From Camelus dromedarius (Eukaryota): a DNA stretch of 64,000 nt. The number at the start of each line of letters is the position of its first letter. Positions within the stretch are counted from its first letter, which is position 1. A program made the translations under genes and the position numbers. Below, one piece after another: positions 13,597 through 26,815 of the stretch. The notes under the pieces are model-generated. The model searched no databases and was not told where the DNA came from. It was given only the letters and a program-made list of their open reading frames with translations. The stretch covers positions 3,472,001-3,536,000 of the forward strand of contig NC_087437.1 of NCBI RefSeq assembly GCF_036321535.1. The letters are read 5' to 3'.

Positions 13597-14644
13597 CTGC
13601 CCGACAAAGACCAAGGACAGTTACAGACCGCCATCACCTGCGAGAAGGTGTACCACTGGCCTCCGGGTCTGCAGATGCTTGAGTCTGGGGTCCAGGAAAC
13701 TGCAGATACGGAGGGACAACTGCTCTTTGAAATTATTACACAAGTAGTACTGTAACCCTGGGGTTTAGGGAAAAAACAAGAGCTTGGACACTCAGCTATA
13801 TTCTACCAATACTTCTTGAATGTTTGTTACATGCCAGTTATCCTTCTGGGAACTGTGATCACAGCATTAAACAAGCCAGGCAGATTCCCGCCTTCACGGA
13901 GCTCGGTGCCTCCTGGAGTGGACAATAAACAGATACGTAACAAAATGCACACAGAAGAACACAGGTGGTGCTGAGTGTGAAGAAGGACAGTGACCTAGGG
14001 TGGGAGAGAGGCAGGTGAGGGGCCAGGCCACATTCTCCAAGGAGGTGTCTTGGAGCAGAGACGCACAGGAAGTGAGGCCAGTATGGGGGGGGGGATGGAG
14101 GAGAGGGGACCTTGAGGCTCAAACACGTGGGAGAAGCATCCAGAAGGCTAGTGTGGCTGGAGTCGGGTAAACAGGGAAGAGAATGGTTGGGATGTGAAAT
14201 CAGAAGGCACAATAATGAGAACAGTGAAGCGACAATGAGGAGGGAGAGGCTGAGGTGGGGAGAGGGAGACGTCTGTGACGCACACCCACCTGACCTTCAC
14301 AGCAGTGCTGGGAGCGGGCTGGGGGTGGGGGGAGGCGTGTTTTAAATCCCCTGTTTCACAGAGGGAGGCAGAAGCTGAGGCTTAGGAGGGTAGCGTAACC
14401 TGGCCGGGTTCCCCCAAGGCCAGCGCTCGTTTCTGAGCTCCCCCAGTCCTGGTCCGTGTGTGGTCACATCTGGGAGTGTTACAGTCATATGGACACACCT
14501 GGCAGGTTGATTTTGCCTGTTTCCCCCGATCTCAGTCAGGGCCACAAACTGAAGGCTGATGGGTGAAAACTGGCCCAGGACACGCTTTGTTGGATCAGCA
14601 CCATATTCCATTTTCTACCATTTTATTGGTTTTTATTTAAATTA

Positions 14645-14762
14645 AACTTTTTTGGGGGCTAGGTAATTAGGCTTAGTTTATTTTTCAAGGAGGTGCTGGG
14701 GATTGAACCCAGGACCTCGTGCATGCTGAGCAGCCCTCGACCCCTGAGCAGTGCCCTCCCCC
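14645..14762 (-). mobile_element. tRNA-derived SINE (Vic-1-like, camelid)
   Basis: Reverse complement of GGGGAGGG..CTCAG...GCATGCACGAGGTCCTGGGTTCAATCCCCAGCACCTCC with an A-rich tail. Confidence 0.75.
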
Positions 14763-15244
14763 TGGTTTTACTGGTATTTTTAACACTTGAATGTGGAAGT
14801 CTTCGGGCCGGGCCTACGCTCTGCACCCTCCAATCTTTCCTCCCCTTCGCTCACCCCGACCCCATCATTTCACACCAGGTGGCTTCTCATATTTTGTCCA
14901 CCTGCCTGACACAAGGGCATTTGAGGTCTCTGAGTTTTGTTCCCCAGTTCAAAACTGCTAACAGCTCCACACTGTCCACAGAACCCACATGCCCACACTG
15001 ACCTGATCATTCCTCCATCAGATACTTCGCTTTTTTCACAATAACACTGTATGGACTTTTGCAACATAGCTTTTTCATTTCAAGGAATATTTTCTGGCAT
15101 CAAACTTCTACAAATGGGGCTAATTACAGGGTGTGTCCACCCTGTGAAATCCCTTATACGTCCTTATGATTCACGAACTTTTCTGTTTACATATTGATCA
15201 GAAAATAAAATATTTTGTGAGAATGGACTAGGTCAGTGTGTATA

Positions 15245-15565
15245 TAATCGTCCCTCGGTAACTGCAGGGGGTTGGTTCCAGGAGCCACAGATACCAAAAC
15301 CCAAGGATGCTCAAGTCCCTGCTGTAAAATGGCACAGTGTCTGCACATAACCTTCTCAGAGAGGTTACTTATAATACCTAATACAGTGTAAATACTATGT
15401 AAATTGTTGTAAATACAATGTAAATGGTACATAAGCTGTTGCTGGTTTGCAGCAAATTCAAGTTTTGCTTTTTGGAACTTTCTGGAATTTTTTTTTTCCA
15501 AATATTTTGATCCCTGCTTAATTGAATTCACGGATGCAGAACCCAGGGATACCAAAGGCAGAGTG
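15245..15565 (+). mobile_element. MER2-like Tigger (Tc1/mariner) element
   Basis: Starts tcgtccctcggta..ggttccagga, ends ggataccaaaggcagagtg followed by TA. ~320 bp. Confidence 0.7.
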
Positions 15566-15682
15566 TAAATAGTTTTATAACTTTAACATTGAAGAGATCC
15601 CTGCTTAATTGAATTCACGGATGCAGAACCCAGGGATACCAAAGGCAGAGTGTAAATAGTTTTATAACTTTAACATTGAAGA
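15509..15682. repeat. Exact 87-bp tandem duplication
   Basis: 15509-15595 is identical to 15596-15682 (gatccctgcttaattg...aacattgaaga). Confidence 0.95.
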
Positions 15683-16299
15683 AATGCTTCTTTAGTCTTC
15701 ATTTCAACAGATCTGGTGAAAAGAAAAATCAGAGGTTCGTTTTTTTTTTTTCTCCCCAGAATTTTTAAAGCATGTAATGCTGACAATAACACTGAAGGCA
15801 CTAATCGTGGACTCCCATTCATTTTATAAGCTTTTGTTGTTCAGCGCTATTCAACCCTGAATCCCTAGAACAGGGGCCTGGGTTAGGTATTGCGGCAGAT
15901 AAAAAAAAAGTAATTGATCCTGCATTCGTTTAGAGGCTTGTAATTATCATGTAAGACACGTGCATTTTAAATTTGAACGAGCATTCTTCTATTAGTCTAG
16001 AGCTTGCAAAATGCTTTTACATTCATTATCTCAAAGGACCCTTGTGAACTAGGTAAGACATTGAACATTCACCTCCATTTCACAGACGAGAATAAGGAGG
16101 CTGACTTTCACAGACTCACACAGCCTGTGTTTGATGGAACCTGAACTCAAACACAGGTCTTGGAACCTCAAGTGACTGGCGGCCCAGGGGCCCCACAGCT
16201 CCAGCCTGTGTAGGTTTCCCACGTCTGGCAGGAGATTAGCAGGTCTGATCCCAGGATCCTCACTCACATCCCCAGTCACCTCGGCCACTCCCAGAAGCC

Positions 16300-19125
16300 C
16301 AAGCTTTCCTTGGCTGATGTTTCCCAAACCCGGTCGCTCCCCGAGTCGCTGCCGACTTCAGCAAGCTGCCTGCCCTCCTTCCTCCAGGTCCCACGTCCCA
16401 GGCATCCTCCTATCCTCGTGACTTCAGTATCCCTGGTCACTCACATTTTGGACTGTCTCATTTCCAATGGTCATTTTCTTTACGCCCCTCAGTTGCCAGT
16501 TCCCATGACCATGCCTGTGACCTCACCAGCACTGCGCTGCCTCTGGAATTGACTCCACGTCCTTGACTCCATAACCCTTCTCTATCCTCCTCCACCATAC
16601 TTACACCAGCAACTCCTCTAATTCCCGGTCCTTCCAGTCCTTTGGCTCTACCATCATGATGACAGTCACCCCCTTTGTGTCCTCATGTCTGCACTTCCCC
16701 TTTCCTCAGTTACATTTCAGGGTCCTTGATTATAACCACCACCTTGCAAACGCCCTGGACTCTTTCATACGCAGTCTCCCCTCCTCTCTGTGTCAGGCTC
16801 CTTTGGCAAAGCCGTAATGGTTAAACCCAGACATCCATCTGCTTTATGCTTACATCTAAACAACAAAACCTTCCTGGAGAAAAACCCCCAATTATGCCAA
16901 CGGGTCTCAATTAAATCACTGATGGTCATAATTCAGAATGGCACTCAGCTCTGCCCAGGGGCCCTGCTCACTTCCCTGGTGTTCTTACCTCCCACTGATC
17001 AAAACCGCTGTTTCACCCTTTCTTCTTTATCCTCTAACTTGCTAAGACCCCGCATTCTCAGCTGCTGACTTCACCTGATATCTCCTTGAGAAAATAGAAA
17101 CAAACTCTGAAACTTCCCTCCTCTTCCCGGTGCTGAACCGATATCCCTGCCTGTGTCGGTGGCCTCGCTTGGCCCCGCCTTGTCCCTGACGAAGGGGCCA
17201 CCCCTCCAGTGAAGATCAGACTCTCCCCGAGTGCTCTGGATCCTGCCTCGGCACCATCTCAGGGACTTCCTTCCTCTTTCCTCGTCACCAGTCCGCCCCG
17301 CCCCCGCCACGGGAGCATCGCCACCAGAGAGCAGGTGCTAATACACCCTCTCTCAAACAGGAGCCCTCAGCCCACCCCGCCCCCAGCCTCACTCCCACCT
17401 CCGCTGCTGGCAAAGACCCTTGGCAGAGTTATGCACGGTTGCTTTTCTACTTTCTCACTGCCTTGGCCTTGGCCCTCACTTCTTGCGATGACCTTCAGAT
17501 GGCCACGTTCCCTGGTCACTTTCCGTACACACCTTACTTGAGGTTTCAGCATGTTCAACAGAGCTGAGTTCTTCTCTCTTCTTAAAACCCTCTGTGGTTG
17601 CCTGTGGGGATATGGCCTCCACACCACCTGCTTCCTTGTAGCCTCCTCTGCTGATGCTTTTTCCTCCTCGTCTTGGCCTCTACACTGAGGCTAAGTCCCA
17701 GACCCCCTGTCTTTTCTCCATCTTCACTCTTGCCTCTGTGAGCCCAGGCAGCCCCAGGTCTTCAACACCCTCGATGGCTGAAGGCTTCCTGTATCCCCTC
17801 TGCCCTTCACCCAGAACTCCACGCTAGAGAATCAACTGTCCACTGGACACCTCCTCCTGGATGTCCAAGGGGTGGCTCACTCAATGTCAATGAAGCCAAA
17901 AAAGAACTTTTAATTACTACCTCCCACCCCCTAAAAATACCTTTCACCATGCTTTCTAGGACCCAGTCACGTTTTCAAGCCGAGGGATTCTTGAGGCCTT
18001 GCTCTCTCTCTCTCATTAATTCTATCAGCACCAGAAATGCTTGCAGTGCTCTTTAAACTACGTGTGATGCAAATCAGCGTGTTCTCTTGTAATTTCCAGT
18101 CCATCCTGGACTCACACATGGAGTGACTGCCTGTAACTAACGCGTAGCCTGTGCCTCACACGGCGCCTGCCACGTGTGGCTTCCCAAGGGGCCTGGACGA
18201 CAGCCCCCCGGGTCCACAGCCCACTCAGTGAGACGGGCCCACTCACCACACGTGGGGATGTGGGGGCAGTGTCATCTGCTGTGACAGTCTCTAACCCCCC
18301 CCCCCACGTTCTGTCCTCATCCCGTGTGGATGGGTGGCAAGTGGTCTGGGGACTGGGACATCCTGACAGTACCCTTGAGAACATGCTGGAGACGCCCCCA
18401 CCAAACCAAATCCTACTCACTTGCTTCTTTCTGTCTGCCTCCCCTGCCAGCACACATTCCAGCCCCTGCCATCTCTCCGCTGGTCCTCTGCAAGGCTCCA
18501 TCCGTCACTCAACAATTCACTTTCCACATGCGAGGCCAGTGTCAACTCTGACAAATATAAATCAGTCTGGTCACCTTCCTGCCTAAAACAGACTCCTATA
18601 TTATAACACTGGGGTCTGGTCCCTCCTGTACCCTCACTTATCAGTCTCCTGCCTTCCTCCACCAGCCTCTTCTGTCTTGTCCACCATCTGTCTTAGCCTC
18701 TAGGCTCCAATCACACCCATCTCCTTTCTGTTCCTTAAATACAAGCTTATTCCTACCTCCAGGCCTTTGCACGAGCTGTACCCTCTTCCCTGGAATGCTT
18801 CTCCCTTTGATCTTTATGTGGCCGCCTCTGTCTTGCCCTACAGATCTCAGCTTCCATACCACCTTCTTGGAGAAACCAAACTTGCCTCCCCAGTCTAAAG
18901 TAGCCACCCCGTCACCGTCCATAGGGTCACACCACCTGAACTGTCTGCACAGCATGTGTCACTCACTGGTATTTTTCTTCTCTCTTTTTGTGTGTATGTT
19001 TCCTGTTGGCCTCTCCCTACTCCCTGAGTCAGCAGACAGATTCCATACAGGAGGACCCAGGGCCTAGAACAGGACAGGCCCACAGGAGGTGTCCAGGAAA
19101 TACTTGTGCAGGGAAAGAATGACCC
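16300..19125 (+). mobile_element. Degenerate L2 LINE, fragmented
   Basis: Long C/T-rich tracts with L2 motifs (cagggcctttgcac-like, ...gcctagaacag...aaatacttg). Boundaries approximate. Confidence 0.5.
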
Positions 19126-19840
19126 AGGCAGCCATTAGCACCGTCAGTGTCTCGTGAACGTTTCCAGCAGGGAAAACCAGGGAACGCCCGATGGAGGAGG
19201 GGAGGCAGCACCATCTAACTTGGGCTGTAACAACAGGAGGGAAGCCAGGTGGGAGCCAACCGTGGTGGCACCAGGACACCAGCCAGGTGGCCTGGCAGGT
19301 GAGGAGGACGCGTGAAGGAGAGGGTGAGAACCACACGAACATAATGTGACAGAAGCCTGAGAATTCGATTCACAATATCAGCCACTGATGGTAAAGAGGC
19401 CCCCAAAGTCACCAGAACCTGCAGCGAACAGTTCCTGTGCCTTCGCTGTGCCGGCTCAGCCCACTCAGTCCTCAGAGCAACTGTAGGGACAGAAATGACA
19501 GTTATTCCCATTTGACAGAGGAGTAAACTGAGATCGAGGACGGTATTAAGCTACTTGCCCACTGCCACAGAGCTGTCAAGCGGCGGAGCTGGAATATGCG
19601 TTCCTGTACTTTCATTCCAGGGCTCATTCTTTTCATCACTATGATATGGACTTTGGATTCAGAGAGACCAGAGTGGAATCTTGGTTCTCCCTTTCCCTGG
19701 CTGTGTGACTCTGGGCCACTTAATTCACCTCTCTGAGCCTTGGGTTTTTCATATTTAAGTGGCAGTTACACACACACACACACACACACATCTTAGCAGA
19801 GTTACCTGTCACGTACTTGAGAGCCATTGTTTTACTCTGA

Positions 19841-19960
19841 GGGGGAGGGTATAGCTCAGTGGTAGAGCATATGCTTAGCACGCACGAGGTCCTGGGTTCA
19901 CTGCCTGGTACCTCCATTAAAAAAATAAAGTGAAAATTAAATTAAATTAAAGAAACTAAA
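19841..19960 (+). mobile_element. tRNA-derived SINE (Vic-1-like)
   Basis: GGGGGAGGGTATAGCTCAGTGGTAGAGC (A box)...GGTCCTGGGTTCA (B-box-like)...ACCTCCATTAAAAAAATAAA. Confidence 0.8.
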
Positions 19961-20834
19961 AATAGCATTATTTTTTTTTAAAAGATGCTCAACCATAAAT
20001 ATAAATAGCAACCCCAAACTAATGGAAGCAACTTAACCGTGACAGTGAGTCACTCAACACTGCTTTACCATTGTGGACATTAATTACTTTCCTAGGGAAT
20101 TGTACAGTGATCCTACTTCAGTTTAACTGGAAGCTTTAAACAATTTTGTAGTTCTACCACCAGTTAAGGTACTATTTTAAATATTTTAATCTTTTCTAGC
20201 TGAATTTGAAAAAACAATGACACAAGAAGGCTGGTGGCACAGTGGGAGTTAAAAAAAAAAGTAATGTTGTAGAAATAATCATGAAAAAATAATTTTGTAG
20301 AAATAATCATGAAAACCTAATTTAGCAGAAAGCATTAAGAGAACATAGATTATTCTTCAGGCACAGTTTTAAGGAAACCTTGAAAATGATTTTACAGAAT
20401 GTAAGAAATCCCTGCAAATGAAATATGTGTGCGGCACTGTGGGAACAGAACGGTGCGTGAGTTTCCCCTTTAATACCGCTGTCGTAATGATTGCGGGCGC
20501 TAACAAGCACGAGGAGCCTTCATTAGAGATGGATTCTGTACCCCTACTCCCCATATGTAGCATTTCAGATGGCTGTCTCTGGGTCTGGTGGGCAGAGATA
20601 GGACTGGCTCTTCACAGAGACAGACAGCTGCACTTCCTGTGCTTGGGTGACATGCGGCACCCCCAGTGGGACATGTGATTTTCAGACCCCTTGCTGAAGA
20701 CGGTGCTTGCCTTCTGCTCAGTGCCCTGGGCAACAGAATCTTGTTTGTGGGGTGCCCTGCAAAAGCTAACCATTCCTGCAAGGGTTACTTTATTTGTGAT
20801 CTAAACATCCTCCTGTGTTCATAATCACAGCAAA

Positions 20835-21430
20835 GGTAGATGGATAAACTCACTGTCTAAAATGCAAAATTCATCTAGGTACATGCTTTTAAGAGACACA
20901 CCTAAAACACAGGGCACTGAAAATTTGAGAGTAAACAAATTTTTTAAAAAGATGTGCCAGGCAAGTAATAACCGAAAGAAACCTGGGGTATCTATATTAG
21001 TATGAGACAAAATAGATTTTAAGAAAAAAAGCATTATTAGAATAAAGAATGCCACTAGATAATGAAAACAGCTCAATTCACCAGGAAGAAATAGAAATTC
21101 TAAGCCAGCCTGCATTTAATGAAGGAGACTCAAAATACCTAAGCAGGGAGCGATCGTCAGCTCTGTCATTTAAATGTAGGATTTCAATACATCTTGTTCA
21201 GTTGTTGATGGGAAAGCATCTGAAAAAATAGTAATGATGTAGAAAATCTGGATACGCTTAATAAGCTAACTTAATAGACAAATGTGGGACCCTCTCCCTC
21301 CCTGATGATTAGAGAATCCGCATTCCTCCCAGACTCTCACGTAACAGCTACAAAAACTGACCACGTACCAGACAACAATTCAAGTCTCGACACACGTCAC
21401 ATAACTGACTTTACACAAGATCTAGTTATG
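20835..21430 (+). mobile_element. Old L1 ORF2 endonuclease-region remnant
   Basis: Motifs aagagacacacctaaaaca, tcaattcaccaggaaga and atttcaatacatct, frameshifted and stop-ridden. Confidence 0.6.
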
Positions 21431-21984
21431 AGGCCAGGATGCAACTGTTAGAAATCCGTGACAAAGATACGGGGTAAACATTTCCGTGTTTGCAAATGTG
21501 TTTATTCTACCTAAACTGTGGGTCGCTGAAGAAATCAGGCAGGCCATGAGCAATCTCATTTTAAGCCCAAAGAAAAGTGACAGGTGCCCCAGCCTTGTAA
21601 GAGTGCGGCGGAAATTTACTGACACTCGGAAAACGTGCTGTAGGATTTCTGCAGTGATGCGTTCTGGTATCTTAGGAATCATGAAACAGAAAATTCTGCG
21701 TAAGGGGACTCTCTTGCTGTTGTCTAGGATGTGAACACAGAGGGGGTGCTCCTTGTGCTGCTTATGTGGGAAAGGGCTCTAGGTTTGTTTTTCCAAAGGG
21801 AGGGAGGGAGGAACCACCCTTTTAGTTAGGTGGGTATCTCAAATAGAAAGAGCTTACATTTTCAAATGAAAGAAATGTACATTTTAATTCTTTTCCAGCT
21901 ATTTTGTCCTATGCTCCATAGCCTTGATCTATTTTATCCTCTTGTTCAAAGTATTCTTTTACTGTTAGTAGTACTAGTACTGGG

Positions 21985-22092
21985 GAGAGGGAATTAGGTT
22001 TATTTATTTATTTACACTGATGGAGGCACTGGGGATGGAACCCAGGACCTCATGCGTGCTAAGCAGGCACTCTACCACTGAGCCACGCCCGC
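21985..22092 (-). mobile_element. tRNA-derived SINE (Vic-1-like)
   Basis: ggggatggaacccaggacctcatgcgtgctaagcaggcactctaccactgagc is an antisense SINE head. Confidence 0.75.
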
Positions 22093-22379
22093 CGTCAGGG
22101 CGTTCTTAGAGAGCTCCACCTTCTCCTGCTCACGAAGCTTCTTCCTTCTCTCAAGTCCAAAAAAGTGCTCTGGTGGTAATAGTATCTTGTTGCTTTCAGC
22201 GCCAAGCTCATGATTCTTCCCTATGGCTTTGCCCCTAGTGTCCTGTGAGAAATAAGGGGCCCTCTTAGGGAAAGGAAGCTGCTTGTGAAGTCAGTCTCCG
22301 GAAGTTCAGGAAAGGATGCCCTGAACATTCTATCGGCTTCATGTCTCCACTGGAAGGTCTGGCAGGCATCTTCCAGTTA

Positions 22380-23218
22380 CCGCGCCTGACTCAACTTCTC
22401 ATCTCCCCCCAAGAACATCCTCATGCCGCAGCCCTGCCTGTATCTGCTCATGCCAGTCCCAGCCTTCCAATTTCTTAGGCCAAAAGCCTTTGAATCATCC
22501 TTGATTTGTCTCCACCACACTCCAGTAGCCTGGTGTCTCTCATAATCAGACCAGTTATAGAATCCTATTGGCTTTATTTTGAAGCTGTATCCAGGACCCC
22601 CACTCCTCACCACCTCCACCACTGCCACCGCCGTCCAGCTGCCCTGCTCTCTCGCCCGACTGCTTCCACAGCCTCTCACCTGGTCTCCTGGCTCTACCCT
22701 CACTCCCTGCAGCCCGTTGTCAGTGCAGACCCCTCCCTCCTCTGCTCAGCCCTCCCACGGGCTCCCCAGCCCCCTCAGGGTGACGTCAGGGTCCACCTGG
22801 TGGTCAGCAGTATCCTGAACTTCCTCCATCTCCCTGAACTCACTGAGCACGCCCATTGCCAGGGCCTTTGCGCTTGCTGGTCCCTCAGACGAGAAGTCTC
22901 TTTCCCCAGAAAGCCACGTCTCTCCTCCTCATCCCCTCCGTGTCTCTGCCCTCGCGTCATCCAGACCACCCTCCTTAAAACTGTAAACTTTACCCCCGTC
23001 CCACACTGCCTGTCCGCCTCCCGTGCTTGGTACTTTCTTCTTAGCATTTGTTACTGTGGGGCATCCTCAGCTTTATGATTTGTCAAGCAGCCCACTGAAA
23101 AATAAGGTCCTTGGGGCAGGGGTTATTTTCACCTTTTTTTGTTCACTGATCCCACTGCTCGGAACTGTGGCGGGCACTAAGCAAGTACACAATAAGTGCT
23201 CATTAAGATGAATGAACA
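22380..23218 (+). mobile_element. L2 3' end
   Basis: cagggcctttgcgcttgctg...ggcactaagcaagtacacaataag...gatgaatgaa, a typical L2 terminus. Confidence 0.6.
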
Positions 23219-23289
23219 GATACCTTGAAAGCCAGATAAGAAAGGAATATGGTGATGTTATACAATTTTATTTGAAAATATTTGCATCC

Positions 23290-23877
23290 TGCACTATTTA
23301 CAATAGCCAAGACATGGAAACAACCTAAACATCCATAGACAGAGGACTGGATAAAGAAGCTGTGGTACATTTACACAATGGAATACTACTCAGCTATAAA
23401 AAAGAATAAAACAATGCCATTTTCGGCAACATGGATGGACCTTGAGACTGGCATTCTAAGTGAAGTAAGCCAGAGAAAGAAAGAAAAATACCATATTATA
23501 TCACTTATATGTGGAATCCAAAAAAAAAAAAAAGACACAAATGAACTTATTTACAAAATAGAAACAGACTCACAGACATAGAAAACAAATTTATGGTTAC
23601 CAGGGGGGAAAGGGGGTGGGGAGGGATAAATTGGGAGTTTGAGATTTGCAGATACACACTACTATATATAAAATAGATGAACAACAAGGTCCTACTGGAG
23701 AGCACAGGGAACTATGTTCAGTATCTTGTAGTAACCTATAATGAAAAAGAATATGAAAAGGAACATCTGTATGTACATGTATGACTGAAACATGATGCTG
23801 TGCACCAGAAACTGACACAGCATTGTAAGCTGACCATACATCAATAAAAAAAGAAAAATATAATAAACAAAAAAAAG
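23290..23877 (+). mobile_element. 5'-truncated L1 3' end
   Basis: Encodes [23 protein letters not shown] (ORF2 C-terminus), followed by 3'UTR, aataaa and an A-rich tail. Confidence 0.9.
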
Positions 23878-24349
23878 TATTATGGACGCTTTGAAAAGCC
23901 CTGTAAGGTACCAAGGAATCATCTAAAGGAACATCTTCCTTTTACAGACGGGGACAGCGATTCCAGGATGGGGAGGGGCCCCCAGTGGTGAGCACTGGAC
24001 TTCAGAGAGTGGGTCCTAACTGGGCCTCCGCTGTGATGGGCATACATGTGAAGTAAATATAAAATAAGTAAGTCCCTTGCCTCTCCTTCTGTTCACTGAA
24101 CCCCACCGAACAGCGCACTGTGAAACCCGGACCACTTGTGAAGCCCTCCTGGCCGGCTTGCCAGCATGCGTCCCTTGGGCGACTCAAACCGCAGTTTCAT
24201 TTCTCAAAAGGTGCTTTCACCCCAGCTTTGCTGAAGCAGAAGCAAAGATCGGAGGATAAAACAGATCTTCTAATCAAACATAAGAATAATTGGATTTGCA
24301 GAGGAAAATGAAAAGAACTCCCAAAGAGAAAGAAATCAGAACAGAAATA

Positions 24350-24720
24350 TGTTTGGGAGAATTTCTCAGAGTGAGGGTGAGGTCATATAATTGGGGAGCT
24401 AGGGTTTCCTTGGAGAAGAGTGAATTTCAGAAGCGGCCTTTCCTTTGACGAGATTCTGCAAGGATCCCTCCTTGCCTAAAGTCCAGTCCGTCCTCTTCTC
24501 CACCAGGCCTCCTCCCAGGCCACTATGTCCCACTGAGCCCAGCTCAGCAAGACTCCCACACCCTTGGCACCTAACCAAGTGCCCCCGGGAGTTTTTCATC
24601 CACTGACCCCTCACCCCCAGCTGCCCCCGTCGTATTCAGAGCTGAGTTCAATCTGTCTCCCCGTTGCAACGGTCTTGAGGAAAGTCTTGTGGTTCTGTCC
24701 AGCGCAGTTTTTCTTGGGCA
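24350..24720 (+). mobile_element. Degenerate LTR fragment (ERV1/MER34-MER39-like)
   Basis: gagctgagttcaatctgtctccccgttgcaacggtcttgagga resembles an LTR R/U5 region. The family call is tentative. Confidence 0.4.
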
Positions 24721-26735
24721 GCTTCACCTCTCAACGCCAGAACGTCCCCGGTCCCCATGTTACAAGCTGCCTACAGTCAGAACAGCTGTGTGCTGGTTAC
24801 CCTGGTCTCTGCACCGCCCAACAGGAACATAACCCCAATGGTGCCCTGTTCCACGGTCACAGAGTCCCGGTTTGGACACTGAGTTACATGGTCACCCACA
24901 TGTGATGTGGAACTTACTGGCTGCATTGTCATCGAGGCCCTCAATGATCAGAGGACCTGCTGGACTTACAGCTGGTTTACAGCAATTACAGCGGACAGAA
25001 GGGACAGACTCCTTCCATGAGAACACTCCTCTTTGGTCCTGACCCCCGAAGTCAGAGTTACATTGGATTTGTGCCATTTTATGTCCCAAATTAAAATGTT
25101 TCTCCATAAATAAAAAAATGGCGATTTTCATCACTTCGTCTCTCCATCCCGTTCGCCCGTGGCCTTTATTAAATCTCTCCCTTGGTGACTGCAGATGGTT
25201 CAACAAGCACATTTCCCAGCAATGTGATGTGCATTCTGGGGCCAGAGTGGGAGGGAGGAGAGAGAGGCCGGCGAGGCCAGCGTGCACAGGCCTCGGGAAA
25301 ACAGCTGAGATCAGGGAATCACTACATCGTTCTCTGCTGCATCCCATTGAAGGACTGAAATCTGCTGCGGGAAAAGCCCAGGGCAGGGGGCCTCCCCTAC
25401 AGCCTCCCACCGGGGAACGCTGGGTTTCTCAGATGTCTTCCGTCCTAACGCCAGAGCAGGAGGCCCTGCGCTAAGGGGAGGTTTGCCCAGTGGTTTGGGG
25501 CAGTGGCTTTTTTAGTTTCTTCAACTTATTCGAAAATATCTTCAAGAAGCCCTTGCCCTACAGAGCTTTCCCGGGTCCAAAAGGCAGGGCTGGGAGCTGC
25601 AAAGTTAGCGGGCAAATCTCACGCTCGGGCTTCACACACAGAAGGGCTGCGGGGAGGGCAGGTGGGGAAAGGGTTGGATTAGAGTCACCTCCGAATTTCC
25701 TCTGCCGGAGAAGGTCTAAGATTCCGCCCTCTGCTCAGTTTGTTCATCCCATTTTACAGGCAGGAAGGTTGGGATGAGGGGAGAGCAAGGTCACTGAGGG
25801 GAGTGGGGCCTTCTGACTTGAGCCCTCAGGATGGGGTCTGCAGGGTAGGATGGCCAGTTTGGGAAAAAAGGAACAGGCATCAGAAGGATGCGCCATCCCT
25901 GCCACTCAAAGCGCCATCCCACCCGCAGCCTCGCATCTCACAGGAGCTGGGCAGAAAGGCACAAGCTCTGACGCACCCCAGGCCTGCCGAATCACAGTCT
26001 GCGTCTAACCAGACTCCAGGTGATGTGAATGCACTGCGGAGAAACACTGGCTGTAGCTGTGAACCACACCCGGAATAGCAGGACTCCAGAAAGCGTTTCA
26101 AGCTACAGGCTCTCTTTTGAAGAAAATTCTGATGCTTTTATGGGATCAGGCCGGCTTCCCAAGTTCTGAGGCATCACCTCCCACCCCAGCACCCTCTACA
26201 GAATTACTCAACTTACTCGAGTTTAAATCTGATCAGAGGAATAAGAAAGGGACCGCCATCAATTTCAGGCTGACTGTCTCTCTCTCCCTCCCTCCTCTTC
26301 TCTTTCCTTCTCCCTAAGTCTCTGACACACAGCATTGCGTTAATAATAGTCTTGGATTCATAACACACTCTCAGCAGCATGTTTGTCTGAGGGGAGGACA
26401 CTGGCCTTGTGTGGGTTGGAGATTACGAATTACAGTGTGTCTGGCAGTTTGCTGGGTCTGTCCATGTCTGCCCAACTCCTAATTCTGCATCAGATAGAAG
26501 TCTCTCTGCTCAAATAAGCAAGAAAGCTCTTCCCCTTCAATCTGGGAAATACCGTATTCTAATTTTATCTTACTGACGATCTAGGAAGTGACATCCAAGC
26601 ATAAACCCATGTTAATAATTTTCCCCTTTTCTTTGTATCTGGGGTAGGTGCTGCAGAAATCATTCGTGTGAAAGGAAGTTTCGATTAGTTCTATTACATG
26701 GGTCGGGAAGAAACAGGAAGAATTAAATTGCAGGT

Positions 26736-26815
26736 TTTAGTTGAACTGTATGAAATTGCCACTTTTACAAGGTTAAAAGAAGCCACATATTGACAACTGC
26801 ATTTAGTCAAACTAG
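26736..26815. mobile_element. MADE2-like mariner MITE (~80 bp)
   Basis: Imperfect terminal inverted repeats tagttgaactgtatgaaattgcc...gacaactgcatttagtcaaacta. Confidence 0.55.

Noticed and set aside
19841..19915. tRNA-Ala-like gene
   Set aside because: It has an A-rich tail, a degenerate T-arm and several diverged copies, one with a TSD. It is a SINE, not a tRNA.
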